Positions 29,146 to 38,810 of a DNA stretch of 64,000 bases are shown in pieces. The DNA comes from a virus. Under the pieces are notes generated by a model that did no database searches, was not told the DNA's origin, and saw only the letters and a list, made by a program, of their open reading frames with translations. Location of the stretch: the IMG/VR virus record IMGVR_UViG_2874814951_000001, one strand, 5' to 3'. Made by a program: the position numbers and the translations under genes. The stretch's first letter is position 1. Every line of letters begins with the position of its first letter.

Positions 29146-29195
29146 CCCCCACCGCCCCGCCACACGGCGGGGCACACCCATATCCAAGGAGAATC

Positions 29196-29543
29196 ATGAC
29201 CCCAACCGAGCTACGCATCCAACGCAAAGCGCTAGGACTCACGACAGCCGACATCGCGCAGCTGTTCCAGGTGAACCACCGCACCGCACAGCGCTGGGAG
29301 TCCACCCACACCCCACCCGATGACGTAGCCGAGTGGATCACCGCCCGAATCGGCATGTACGCCGACCGCGTGGCAGACGTACTCAGCGCCGCCGACTACA
29401 CGGGTGAAATCGCCCTCATGCGCCACGCAGACGCGACAGAATGCCAAACCGCTACCGGACTAACCCCCGGCGAACATGAAGCGCTGCTAGGCCACTGCTG
29501 CATCGCCCTCACCGCCGCGGATCTACGCTTCCAAGTCCTGTAG
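29196..29543 (+). CDS. Aca2/YdiL (DUF1870)-like HTH regulator
   Basis: MTPTELRIQRKALGLTTADIAQLFQVNHRTAQRWES...PPDDVAEWI; AAGGAG RBS. Confidence 0.75.
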   Translation: MTPTELRIQRKALGLTTADIAQLFQVNHRTAQRWESTHTPPDDVAEWITARIGMYADRVADVLSAADYTGEIALMRHADATECQTATGLTPGEHEALLGHCCIALTAADLRFQVL

Positions 29544-29689
29544 CCACGCCCCGCCAACTGTTCGGAAATTCCGAACACCTCAACCCCGTGGATCCACCAA
29601 ACAACAGAAAAACGCCCCCCCCGGCCACACAAGGCCAAAAAAGGGGGGGGCATGGCGCGCTAGCGCCTATCGTGGGGGCTTTCGAGCCT

Positions 29690-30121
29690 TCACCCACTCA
29701 TGGAACGGCGGCAACGGCGGGGCGGCAATTCCAGCCCATTCGCGGCCGCAAACTGTTTTAAAGCAAATTCACGACGCGCCGCCGCAACCGCATAATCACG
29801 CAAGTCCTGCAATTCCTTCATATCCCGCCGGCGCGCTTCACGCTCATCATCTAGCGCCGCTTCCAGCCGCGTTATCCGAGCATCTACCTCACGGGCATAA
29901 CGCTCAACACGCTCACGAACCTGCTTATCAATCGCGCTAGCCATATCCCCGTGTTTCTCCACCTCCCGAAGCTGCTTAGCGCCCCACCAGCGAGCCAAAG
30001 ACCCCAACGGGCCTTTAACTTCCTGCATGGACTTCGAGAAAGTGCCAATCATAAACACGATGACAAACAGCGTCACCGCCCATAACGGGGTGCCTTCCGG
30101 CAAGTTAGTCGGAAACGCCAT
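29690..30121 (-). CDS. Lysis-cassette membrane protein (1 TM + coiled coil); C-terminus possibly frameshifted
   Basis: N-terminal TM helix; last gene of the late operon. Confidence 0.7.
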   Translation of the reverse strand: MAFPTNLPEGTPLWAVTLFVIVFMIGTFSKSMQEVKGPLGSLARWWGAKQLREVEKHGDMASAIDKQVRERVERYAREVDARITRLEAALDDEREARRRDMKELQDLRDYAVAAARREFALKQFAAANGLELPPRRCRRSMSG

Positions 30122-30749
30122 CTACAGCCCTCTTTCTCAGAATATCGGCGCGCTCACGCGCCTTAGCCGTACCTGTGGCCATGACAGCGTGAAGCCCCGC
30201 GAAGGCAAACAGAATCACCGAGTTTCGCAGCCCGTCCAGGCTCACACTCGCTTCCGAAACGCAAAAAGCAATCAGCGAACCGGAAACCAGAACATACGAA
30301 ACGCGATCCTTGAATTTGCAGCACGCACCGATTGACGCAACAACAGTTAAAAGCGGAATCAGAGCAGGCCAACCGTAATCAAACGCGGTTAACGAATTGC
30401 GTTGGTAGGCATCCCACAGCAGGCCAACCCCAATCGCCATATACAGCCCTGTGCCTAACGTGTGCGACCAAATCAGCCCATCAGCCCACCTGTAGGCCAT
30501 CGCGAAAAACCCAATCGCCCCAGACAGCGCGAAAAGCGTACCCCATACCCACAGCGGGGCGGATGCTTCCACCGCCCCGAGCCTATGCGAAGTAAGCGGC
30601 GCTTCACCTACCGCGTAATCAACACCGCGCGCCAATGACGCGGCAAGTAGGATAATGTGCGCCCAAATGGTCGCCACCCCATCAAAACCGACGGGGTGCC
30701 ACGAGAAAAACCCGCTACGACCATCACTAGACTTCGCCACGATGCTCAC
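30105..30749 (-). CDS. Multi-pass membrane protein in the lysis cassette
   Basis: Several hydrophobic segments; RGVDY...VEASAPLWVWG motif. Confidence 0.75.
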   Translation of the reverse strand: MSIVAKSSDGRSGFFSWHPVGFDGVATIWAHIILLAASLARGVDYAVGEAPLTSHRLGAVEASAPLWVWGTLFALSGAIGFFAMAYRWADGLIWSHTLGTGLYMAIGVGLLWDAYQRNSLTAFDYGWPALIPLLTVVASIGACCKFKDRVSYVLVSGSLIAFCVSEASVSLDGLRNSVILFAFAGLHAVMATGTAKARERADILRKRAVDGVSD

Positions 30750-31095
30750 CTACGTAATCATCTTCGGTTGGGGTGTTTGCGGCCGCGAATGCGACACCGA
30801 GCGCCGGGGCGACAATGTTCAGCATCGCGTCCCACTGTGCGCCGGTGCCGTAGCCCCACGCGGTCAACGCAACAGTCAACGCGCCGAGCAACAGATAAAT
30901 CGCGGATCGGATATTGCTAGTGGAATGCACGACCGCGAACAGCAGGGTCACGACAGCCGTGAGGACACCGCCAATAGCGGCGGCCTTGACCTCATCGAGG
31001 ATGCCCCACGCGATGAGTGCGGGGGCTACAGCGGCGACACAGGAATAGAAAGTACCGCGAGACGAAGCCGGAATGAGGTTTTTAATGGTTTCCAT
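30727..31095 (-). CDS. Holin
   Basis: Four short TM segments, RxxxY repeats, AAANT C-terminus; AGGAG RBS. Confidence 0.8.
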   Translation of the reverse strand: METIKNLIPASSRGTFYSCVAAVAPALIAWGILDEVKAAAIGGVLTAVVTLLFAVVHSTSNIRSAIYLLLGALTVALTAWGYGTGAQWDAMLNIVAPALGVAFAAANTPTEDDYVGEHRGEV

Positions 31096-31179
31096 GATGT
31101 GTTTTCTCCTTATCTGAGAATGTAAAAATGCCCACGTGACCATCACGCGGGCAAAAAGAAAAACACCCCGATGGGGTGC

Positions 31180-32217
31180 TTAGTATTTGTCTTCGGTGTA
31201 GTAGACGAACTGGATTCTGATGCTGGTGTCCCCGCGCGTAATGGCTTCACCAAACACGCCACCGGGAGCGGAACCTCGGTCATAAAACCGAATCTTCCCG
31301 GAAACGAACTCTGCCCTCAGCCCAGCTCTCGTAATATCCTTGACCGTGCCGTCCTGACCAATCGCCGTCATTGCCCGAGATACGGGGACGTTAGCTGGCG
31401 CTGGTACTCCGGCGAAATAAACGCCATCCTTTAACACCCGCTGCGAGTCCTCATTGACCGGAACCGTGATAGTTATGTCTACCCTTCCCATCCAGATAGT
31501 AGAGGCTATACGCCCGCCGATTTCGAAAAGCGGAGATGCCAAATCCCAATCGAACTCTCTACGCGATGTGAGGTCAACAGGCTTTGCGGGCGGAATCTTA
31601 TCCAGCTGAGCCTGTAGCTTTTCAACCTTCGTTTTCAGCGCAGTGTTTTCGGCCTGTAGTTCTGTGGGGTCGAATGGGTGCGGTGCGGGCTTGTTTTCCA
31701 GCACCGTCAGGCGTTCCCCTAGTTTCTTGTCCGCTTCTTCCAGCCCGGTAGGGTCGAATGGTTGCGGTTCCGGCCTAGACTCCAACACGTCCAGGCGCTT
31801 CTCCATCGGGGCGAGGTCAACAACAGGCGCGCTCTCAAGCGCGTCCAGGCGCTGCTCCACCGGCGCAAGATCAACAGCCGGGGTGTTTTCCAGCGCTTCC
31901 ACGCGCTTCGACAGAGCAGCCCACACCGTCTCCTGAAAGTCCTCCGCCTGCCACTCCAACAACTCGAACAGGTCATGCTCGCCAGACTCCGGAACCGTGA
32001 TGTGCCAGTCTTTCGACCAACACCCAGCGTTAACCCGAACACGCATCGCACCCGGCAACAGGTCATCAACCCTGGCTTTGCCGTCACGAATCTTCACCTC
32101 CACCGCAGAAGGCACAACATCCGGGTCACCCAGAACAAGACGCTCCAGACTAAACCGCAGCGTGCCCTCCGGGCGGCTGCCGTCCAGATTCACAAGGTCA
32201 ACAAAAACAGTGGTCAT
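31180..32217 (-). CDS. Second tail fibre/receptor-binding-like protein inside the lysis cassette
   Basis: N-domain resembles that of 34417-35892; VDLAPxExRLxxLE repeats; AGGAGG RBS. Confidence 0.65.
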   Translation of the reverse strand: MTTVFVDLVNLDGSRPEGTLRFSLERLVLGDPDVVPSAVEVKIRDGKARVDDLLPGAMRVRVNAGCWSKDWHITVPESGEHDLFELLEWQAEDFQETVWAALSKRVEALENTPAVDLAPVEQRLDALESAPVVDLAPMEKRLDVLESRPEPQPFDPTGLEEADKKLGERLTVLENKPAPHPFDPTELQAENTALKTKVEKLQAQLDKIPPAKPVDLTSRREFDWDLASPLFEIGGRIASTIWMGRVDITITVPVNEDSQRVLKDGVYFAGVPAPANVPVSRAMTAIGQDGTVKDITRAGLRAEFVSGKIRFYDRGSAPGGVFGEAITRGDTSIRIQFVYYTEDKY

Positions 32218-32254
32218 AAATCCCTCCTACAAAAGAAGCACCCCGGTGGGGTGC

Positions 32255-33616
32255 TTACTTGTTCTGTTCCTTCAGCTGTCTCTCAACAGCAGCCAAACGC
32301 CCATCCAGGCGCTCAAATGCTTTCAGAATCAGCTCGGTGTTTTTCTTCGCGACAAACGCATTTTCATCCGCGAAGCGAATGAAATCGCCGAGTCGCGCCT
32401 TGAAATCACTCCCTGCGACAGCTGTCGGAACGACAGTATCGAGCGACAGTGATGGTTCTTGTGGCTGTGGCGTCACTGGTTTCTCCTCCTTTCTGCCTGC
32501 ACCGAAGAACACTGCCTTGAGCTGATCTACGGTGCCCTTGTAGGCATTCACGTCGACCTTGAACCCCGCTACGAGCCCATTCGAGCCGTACTGGAGAATG
32601 TCCGGCCGGCGGTCTCCCAATGGGTAATACCACCCAGGATGATTGTCGCCACCGTCACCGATGTAGGCGTCACGGTACGGTGCAGTACGATTTCGTCCGT
32701 AATTAGACACCCACAGGTAGCCCAACCCCTCCATCGAAGGTTCACCACCAGGCATGTTTTCCCAATACCAGGCGCCCGAGTAGATTCCCGGCACATGGTA
32801 TCCGCGCTTTTCTAGCTCGCGTTTGGCTGCCCACACATCATTTTTTGTGAGCAGTTTCCGATTTCCTGCGACGCTCTCTACGTCAATCCACACCGGCAGG
32901 TCACGTCGACCGCCCATTTGCTGGTCGATGACATCAACTTGCTGGGCAATCGTCGTTCCCTCTGACGGTGCGCGCAGGTACCAGTACGTTGACACCAACA
33001 GCCCTGCAGACTCAGCGTCTTCTAGGTGCGAGCGGAATGTTTTGTCACGGTAGGTGCCGTCGCACAGCCGCAATATGGCAAAGCTTATCCCCTCGCCGCG
33101 CGCTCGCTTGAGACTCATACCGTTTTGGTGCTCTGACACGTCAACGCCGAAGATTGCCACTGTTTTCTCCTCTACCTTGTGTTTCGCTTCGCCCGGCCAG
33201 CGAGCGCCAGCGAGCTTTGTCATTGGGTCCAGCCGGTCCGGTCCCGGAGGCACCCATGTGTAGCGGTGCCATTCCAAGTGCAGGTGCGGGGCTACGCCGC
33301 CGTTGGTTGCCTGATTAGGGTTAATGCGGCCGATGCGCTGCCCCTCACGCACCTTCTGGCCAAGCTTCACTTCCGGGATGACGTGGCCATAGATGGTTTC
33401 GCCGCCACCATTACTAGCCGGATGATCCACTCCGATCCATTGGCCGAAGCCACTAGCGGGGCCGACGCGAACAACCGTGCCGTCTTTCACCGCATAGATT
33501 GGGTGACCGCCAGAGCCGCCACCCCGCCCGAAGTCCGTTCCCCAGTGCTGAGTACCCCAGCGAGGGCCGAACCCGGATGTAACGTAAAAGCCTTTATCGA
33601 CTGGCATTGTGACCAT
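32255..33616 (-). CDS. Endolysin (M23 peptidase + GH25 muramidase)
   Basis: HWGTDF, YGH, PHLHLE; GVDVSEHQ, WIDVE, LQYGS, VDVN. Confidence 0.93.
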   Translation of the reverse strand: MVTMPVDKGFYVTSGFGPRWGTQHWGTDFGRGGGSGGHPIYAVKDGTVVRVGPASGFGQWIGVDHPASNGGGETIYGHVIPEVKLGQKVREGQRIGRINPNQATNGGVAPHLHLEWHRYTWVPPGPDRLDPMTKLAGARWPGEAKHKVEEKTVAIFGVDVSEHQNGMSLKRARGEGISFAILRLCDGTYRDKTFRSHLEDAESAGLLVSTYWYLRAPSEGTTIAQQVDVIDQQMGGRRDLPVWIDVESVAGNRKLLTKNDVWAAKRELEKRGYHVPGIYSGAWYWENMPGGEPSMEGLGYLWVSNYGRNRTAPYRDAYIGDGGDNHPGWYYPLGDRRPDILQYGSNGLVAGFKVDVNAYKGTVDQLKAVFFGAGRKEEKPVTPQPQEPSLSLDTVVPTAVAGSDFKARLGDFIRFADENAFVAKKNTELILKAFERLDGRLAAVERQLKEQNK

Positions 33617-33651
33617 TCGCTCACCCCTTCATTCTTGTTTTTGGGTATAAG

Positions 33652-33694
33652 AAAACCCCCGTGTTTCCGAGAGCATGGAAAACACGGGGGTTTC
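33652..33694 (-). terminator. Hairpin terminator upstream of the endolysin
   Basis: GAAACCCCCGTG...CACGGGGGTTTTC. Confidence 0.7.
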
Positions 33695-33899
33695 TGAATT
33701 CACCCACTAGGAACCCGTCCACCTCATCAATCCAAAAAAGAAAGGACGTGAGATAACGTAACCTATCGGTGCTTTTAGCGCGCTATGGCGCACTACAACC
33801 ACCACGCATGAGCTTACCAGAACAACAGATAAAAAGGCATAATCGAAGCAAACACGCAGGCCAGGCCGCGAATTCACTCAAGAAAACACTACCCAATCA

Positions 33900-34004
33900 C
33901 TACCGTTCTCTAGAGCTAAACTTCAACCAAATCTTGCCAGCACCACCAGCACCCCCCGGCGTACGACCGACAGGCTTCACACTGCGACCTAGGATAGTGG
34001 CCAA
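33900..34004 (-). pseudogene. 34-aa relic of a glycine-rich minor tail gene
   Basis: GGGAGG RBS and TTG start; MATILGRSVKPVGRTPGGAGGAGKIWLKFSSRER. Confidence 0.4.
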
Positions 34005-34047
34005 AGTGTTTCCTCCCTTTTGGGTATGAAAAAGTCACCTGTGAGGG

Positions 34048-34413
34048 TTAGCCGTATCGGGGTTGGAAAATCTCAAAACTATCGCCACCACTGATTACAT
34101 TTTTTGTTTCGCCCTTGAGGTAGATTTCGTTCCCAGCGACACTCGCGCGCATTCTGCCCGCTTCGTAGTACTGGCCGTTAATCCGCAGCCAAATATCCTT
34201 CATCTGGGCGATTGACCCGAACTCGTCTTTAGAGAGCTGATTGAACTTAATCTTTGATTGACTATCGAACACGGCGCTAGCGGTGATTGGCCCGGCGATT
34301 TTGTTCCAGCCCACGATCTTTTTGGCTTGCCAAATGACCCGGCTGGCGACACGCACATACTGCACTAGCGCGCTGCCACGGTACACGCCCTTCACACGGT
34401 TAAGTACAGGCAT
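34048..34413 (-). CDS. Minor tail protein
   Basis: VKGVYRGS...VRVASRVIW N-terminal motif; follows the tail fibre gene. Confidence 0.7.
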   Translation of the reverse strand: MPVLNRVKGVYRGSALVQYVRVASRVIWQAKKIVGWNKIAGPITASAVFDSQSKIKFNQLSKDEFGSIAQMKDIWLRINGQYYEAGRMRASVAGNEIYLKGETKNVISGGDSFEIFQPRYG

Positions 34414-34416
34414 CGG

Positions 34417-35892
34417 CTACTCCTGAATATAGATAGTGTCCGAACGGGAACCAGTACCACGAGCAATAGCCCGGTAGGTAGTGGACGTAACCGCGCTGTT
34501 TTCCAACGCCTTCACACGCGACACAAGCGCATCCAACTGTGAACTATCAGCCATGCCATCAACACGCGCCGACAACGAGCCTACAAGCGACTGCACACTA
34601 CCAACCACATCATCCACATAAGCCTTTGTTGCGGCATCATCGTCATCCTGTGGGGTAGCCGCCTTCACCTGACCGCCCTCGGTACGCTGCACCAGAGAAC
34701 CAGAGGTCACAGACGCGCTCACCGGCTGTTTGTCCAGCTTGCCAGCCAGCCCCGGAACCGTCGGCGCATCCCACGTACCGGCAAGGTCACCGGCAAGCTG
34801 CACACCGCCCGCAACCTGTGAGGTAGCACGCGGAACAGTCGTGAGCGCGGAATCCGCCCGCGTCAACGACTCCCGCACCGCCTGCGCCAACGTCTCGCGT
34901 GGCCAACCCGTTTCCGGCGCGCCAACCTGCGCCGACTCCGCAGCCTGCAACGCCGCATCACGAGCTTCCTCAGCCCCCAAACGCGCACCACTAGCAGCAT
35001 CCGCCGACGAAGCCGCCGACTCCGCCGAACCAGCAGCAGCCGACTCCGCCGACCTCGCGCCCTGCGCAGCCGACTCCGCACGCACACGATCCGACTCAAC
35101 CCGCCCGGCAACCGTAGCCACCGCCGACTGAGACGCACCCGCACGCTCAGCGAACCCCTGCGCCGCCGACGCCGAACCCGCCGCGTTCTGCTCCGACTGC
35201 GCCGCAGCCTTAGCGAACCCCGCAAGCTCAGCGCGCGCTTGGTCAGCAGCGGTAGCAGCCGCCTTACCCGCGGCCGTTTCCGCTCGGTTAGCGTCCTCCT
35301 TCGCAGCACCAGCAGACGAAGCAGCATCCCCAGCGGAACCGCTTGCAGCGTCACGCGCCGACTCAGCGCCCTGCGCCGCCGACTCCGCACGACCAGCGGC
35401 CGACTCCGCCCGCTCCGTGAGGTCCGTGAACTCGCCGCGCACAATCGCCGTCGCCGACTCCACCACACGCGACACACTAGCCTGCGCCTGCACAGCTTCA
35501 TCACGCGCACGCTCAGCCCCAGACTCAAACCCAGACGCACGTTGTGCCGCTAATCTAACTTCCACTAACGCAGCGCGAGCAGCGCTAACCACAGGGGGAG
35601 AATACTCTTCCACATTCTCCAACACATCAGCCAACGACACCCGGCCAGACTTAGGCAAATCAAACGTTAACCGTTCCGTCACGTCACGCGAAACGATACG
35701 CACGTTGACCGTTCCGGGGTCAAGCTCCCCCGTCTCAAACTTTCCATCAATCAGCGGGTACTTATGCCGCTGCCGGATAATCACCGCGTCGCTGGCATCT
35801 CGGGCCGCGCGGTTTTGAACGGACTGCACAACAACGTAGCCACTAACAGGGGCTAGGCCAATATCTCGAATGTCACCAGTTAAAACCGTCAT
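34417..35892 (-). CDS. Tail fibre protein
   Basis: Ala/Ser-rich coiled repeats, GGVQLAGDLAGT, AATKAYVD. Confidence 0.85.
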   Translation of the reverse strand: MTVLTGDIRDIGLAPVSGYVVVQSVQNRAARDASDAVIIRQRHKYPLIDGKFETGELDPGTVNVRIVSRDVTERLTFDLPKSGRVSLADVLENVEEYSPPVVSAARAALVEVRLAAQRASGFESGAERARDEAVQAQASVSRVVESATAIVRGEFTDLTERAESAAGRAESAAQGAESARDAASGSAGDAASSAGAAKEDANRAETAAGKAAATAADQARAELAGFAKAAAQSEQNAAGSASAAQGFAERAGASQSAVATVAGRVESDRVRAESAAQGARSAESAAAGSAESAASSADAASGARLGAEEARDAALQAAESAQVGAPETGWPRETLAQAVRESLTRADSALTTVPRATSQVAGGVQLAGDLAGTWDAPTVPGLAGKLDKQPVSASVTSGSLVQRTEGGQVKAATPQDDDDAATKAYVDDVVGSVQSLVGSLSARVDGMADSSQLDALVSRVKALENSAVTSTTYRAIARGTGSRSDTIYIQE

Positions 35893-36736
35893 GGCGCTTC
35901 ATCTCCATCTGTAGGGGGGCTTCTTGGTCAGGTCTTGTATCAATATCCGGGGATGCTTCATTACCCATCGCGCCTACGTCAGTGCGATGAGAAATGTGCT
36001 GCACGGTTAAGCGGGTGAACTCAGAACCACCGATAAGGCGCCTAGAGCCGTGGATCCACGAAATTTCCACCTTCACCACATAGCCGGCTTCGGGAACAAC
36101 AACGGAACTAACAATCGTGTCGGTTACCGTGCGAACGTTCCACTCAATACCGCGCTGCCGTGAGTAAATGGAACCATCGGGGCGGTACACCGCAACGCGC
36201 CAATCAACATGGCCTGAACCAATATTGATGGCCGTGTTCTCAAACGTGAGCTGTGCGCGAATATCCCACAGCCCCGCCGACAACAGCCGAATACCGCCGT
36301 CCACAATTTCACAGCCCCGCATAATGCCCAGCTGCTTGTTAAATTTCATCTGACCGGCATTGTTACCGAACTCAAGGAAACCGCCACGGGTTTCCATGTA
36401 GGCCGTGCCGTAGTCCAACAAGGGGGAAAGCAAATCAAGGCGATTATTCAGCGCGTGCTGGCCATCCTCCCACGCTTCCGCCACTCGCTCCCACCCTTTA
36501 GGCGCTACCCCCTTAAAGATGCTTACAAGCGGCTCAACAATGTTCTTTTGCCCCCAATCATCAAGCTTCTTTAGGAAACTATCACCCGCCTTATTCCAGC
36601 CGGGCAACAACCGCGCCGCTAACTGCTGCTTGTAGGAATCTTCACTAATCGCCTGTAGCTGGTTTAGCTCCGATGCCGTGTAAGCACCCTCAACGGTTGG
36701 GCGATCCGGGCTAGTCAAGATACTCACCGCCCGCAT
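35873..36736 (-). CDS. Minor tail protein
   Basis: Position in the tail module; beta-rich C-domain. Confidence 0.7.
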   Translation of the reverse strand: MRAVSILTSPDRPTVEGAYTASELNQLQAISEDSYKQQLAARLLPGWNKAGDSFLKKLDDWGQKNIVEPLVSIFKGVAPKGWERVAEAWEDGQHALNNRLDLLSPLLDYGTAYMETRGGFLEFGNNAGQMKFNKQLGIMRGCEIVDGGIRLLSAGLWDIRAQLTFENTAINIGSGHVDWRVAVYRPDGSIYSRQRGIEWNVRTVTDTIVSSVVVPEAGYVVKVEISWIHGSRRLIGGSEFTRLTVQHISHRTDVGAMGNEASPDIDTRPDQEAPLQMEMKRHDGFNW

Positions 36737-37067
36737 CCAGGTTTGACTGAATAACCAAACTGCCGTTGTTCAGTTTCGACTCATCGACATCAGACCATGA
36801 ACCAGAACCGCCCTCCCACAACAAAGCGCCCGAACGGGGCGCGTTATAACTGCGAGACACGCGGGAAACATCCAGCACCGCCCCCAACTCAACCAGCCGG
36901 CGGGACATCTGCCGGTAATACTCCGGTGGCAACAACACCGCCGCGCCGGAACCCTCAAGACCAGGGGGGCACGTAAACGCCCACAAAAACACTTCTTCCG
37001 GGTCACTCAAGTCGCAATTATCAATAGTGGGAATGCTTGTGGACTGTGGGGTAAAAGACATGCGCAA
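36711..37067 (-). CDS. Minor tail protein (DUF2744-like)
   Basis: IPTIDNCDLSDPEEVFLWAF...SRRLVELG. Confidence 0.75.
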   Translation of the reverse strand: MRMSFTPQSTSIPTIDNCDLSDPEEVFLWAFTCPPGLEGSGAAVLLPPEYYRQMSRRLVELGAVLDVSRVSRSYNAPRSGALLWEGGSGSWSDVDESKLNNGSLVIQSNLDAGGEYLD

Positions 37068-37113
37068 ACTCCATTCCGTCTAGCGTCTAGCGAGAGTCCA
37101 TACAGGTAAGAAA

Positions 37114-38810
37114 TTACATCACTTGCAGCTCGTGTAACATGCCGAAGACATCTTGCATCTGCCTAAGCGACTTATCCCAAGGTGCTTCTTTTTCTTCTGT
37201 GTCTCCCAGCGATACCGCCCACCCTGTTTTTTCGCGTGACGCGCTATAGGACAGCTCTGTGACCTGTTCAACGACCACACGGCCACCTGGAAGGCCTTTA
37301 GGGGCAATGCCGATACGGTCACCTAGGAAAAAGTGGCCTTGCCCCCTATCCCCCACCAGATACGGGGCACCATCGGCTATGTCAGCTTTCAGCGACTCGC
37401 GTTGTTTCGTTTCCCACACCGCCGCGCGAATCGCCATAATTGACGAAAGCGTATAGCCCGTTCCCCCGTTGGTAATGAACACCTCGAAATAGTGATCCCA
37501 ACCCAATTGCATCGCCCTCAGCACATGCTTAAAGCTGTAGAACGCTAAAATCACGTCTTTATACAGGGGTTGCAGCGCCGTGTTTGCGATATTGCCTAAC
37601 CCCGTGGCGCCAACGAAAAGACTGGAAATAAGGTCACCGATAAGCTTAATGCCCGTCTCAATCGCTTCATTAACGCCGGGGGCGGACTTACCACCACCGT
37701 TGAACTGCACCGCCGTCGCCGGCGCCATCGTGTACTCGCTCGTCTCAATGCCGGAAATATCCCCATCGTGGTAAACAACCCACGGCTGTGCCGGCGCTGT
37801 TCCCAACCACTTAGAAAGTGAGTACTCAGCGGGAACATGCGGGTTAGCCACGTTTTCGACAATCTCATCAACAAAGTTATCGCCGAACTTCGTGACCGTG
37901 CGCCACATGCCGCCAAACACAGTGCCACCGAGCGCCGTTTGCTCGAAAACACCGCTTTTATCAACGATGTCAATAATCAGCTGGCCGTTACGCATAATCG
38001 CCCCGGCCACGGGTCAGGATCACCCTTAAGCCATCGGCGGGTAACCACCATAAGGCCCGCGTCCTGCAAAATCGGTTTGGCCATATCGTGCCACGTCTTA
38101 AACCGAGAGTGCATAATGCACCATTGGGAATCATCCAACAGGAAAGAACCGGGCTGCACGACCTTAGACCAGTTCCACGGGGTTAGCCCCTGCACCCAAC
38201 TAGCCGGGTCAAGCGGGTCACTAGGCAAGTGCCACAGGCTCGACTGCTGCCTGAGAATGTTCACAAACAGCGCAAGTTTCAGCATGTACCGCGCCGGCCC
38301 TGCGAGAATGAACAGTTTCGGGAACTGGAAACCAGCCGGGGTAAAGGGGTTTGACCAGACGTTGTAATATTTCAGTTCCTCGTAATCGTCTAGGAACTCA
38401 ATATCTAGGTATCGGTGCCCGTCGCTAGCTTTCACGATGGAAAAGTTCTTCATACGCCCACCCCACCGCGCGCCGTCTTTATCCACGGTCATATGGATAT
38501 TGCGGTTAGGGCGCCCGTAGGGGTCGATAACCCATTTAGCGATATGGTGATTCAACGGCAACCGCATATTGGCGGTTCCCGTGTTGTTCATCTTCCAGCC
38601 GAATTCTAGGGTTAGGTAGCCATGTACTAGGCCACAGATCTTCCAATCGCCATCCCACAGGCGAACAATGGGGGCAAGCAACCGGACAGCGCGCCGCTGC
38701 TGCTGCTGCCGCTGTGTCTCATCCCAGATAGCTTCACATTCGGCAATAATCCGGTCACGTTCTTCTTTATCGATCGTGAACTTATTGGGGGCTACAGTTG
38801 GGGTGGTCAC
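37114..38810 (-). CDS. Minor tail/baseplate hub protein (frameshift at C4 38001-38004, probable sequencing error)
   Basis: VRLWDGDW, GARWGGR, WSNPF, HFFLGDRIG. One extra G restores DPWPGAIMRNG. Confidence 0.85.

Noticed and set aside
34048..35892. Diversity-generating retroelement or invertible tail-fibre system
   Set aside because: No reverse transcriptase, TR/VR pair, invertase or inverted crossover sites found.
37977..38010. Split minor tail gene as two real genes
   Set aside because: A presumably essential conserved protein is restored by one G in a homopolymer.
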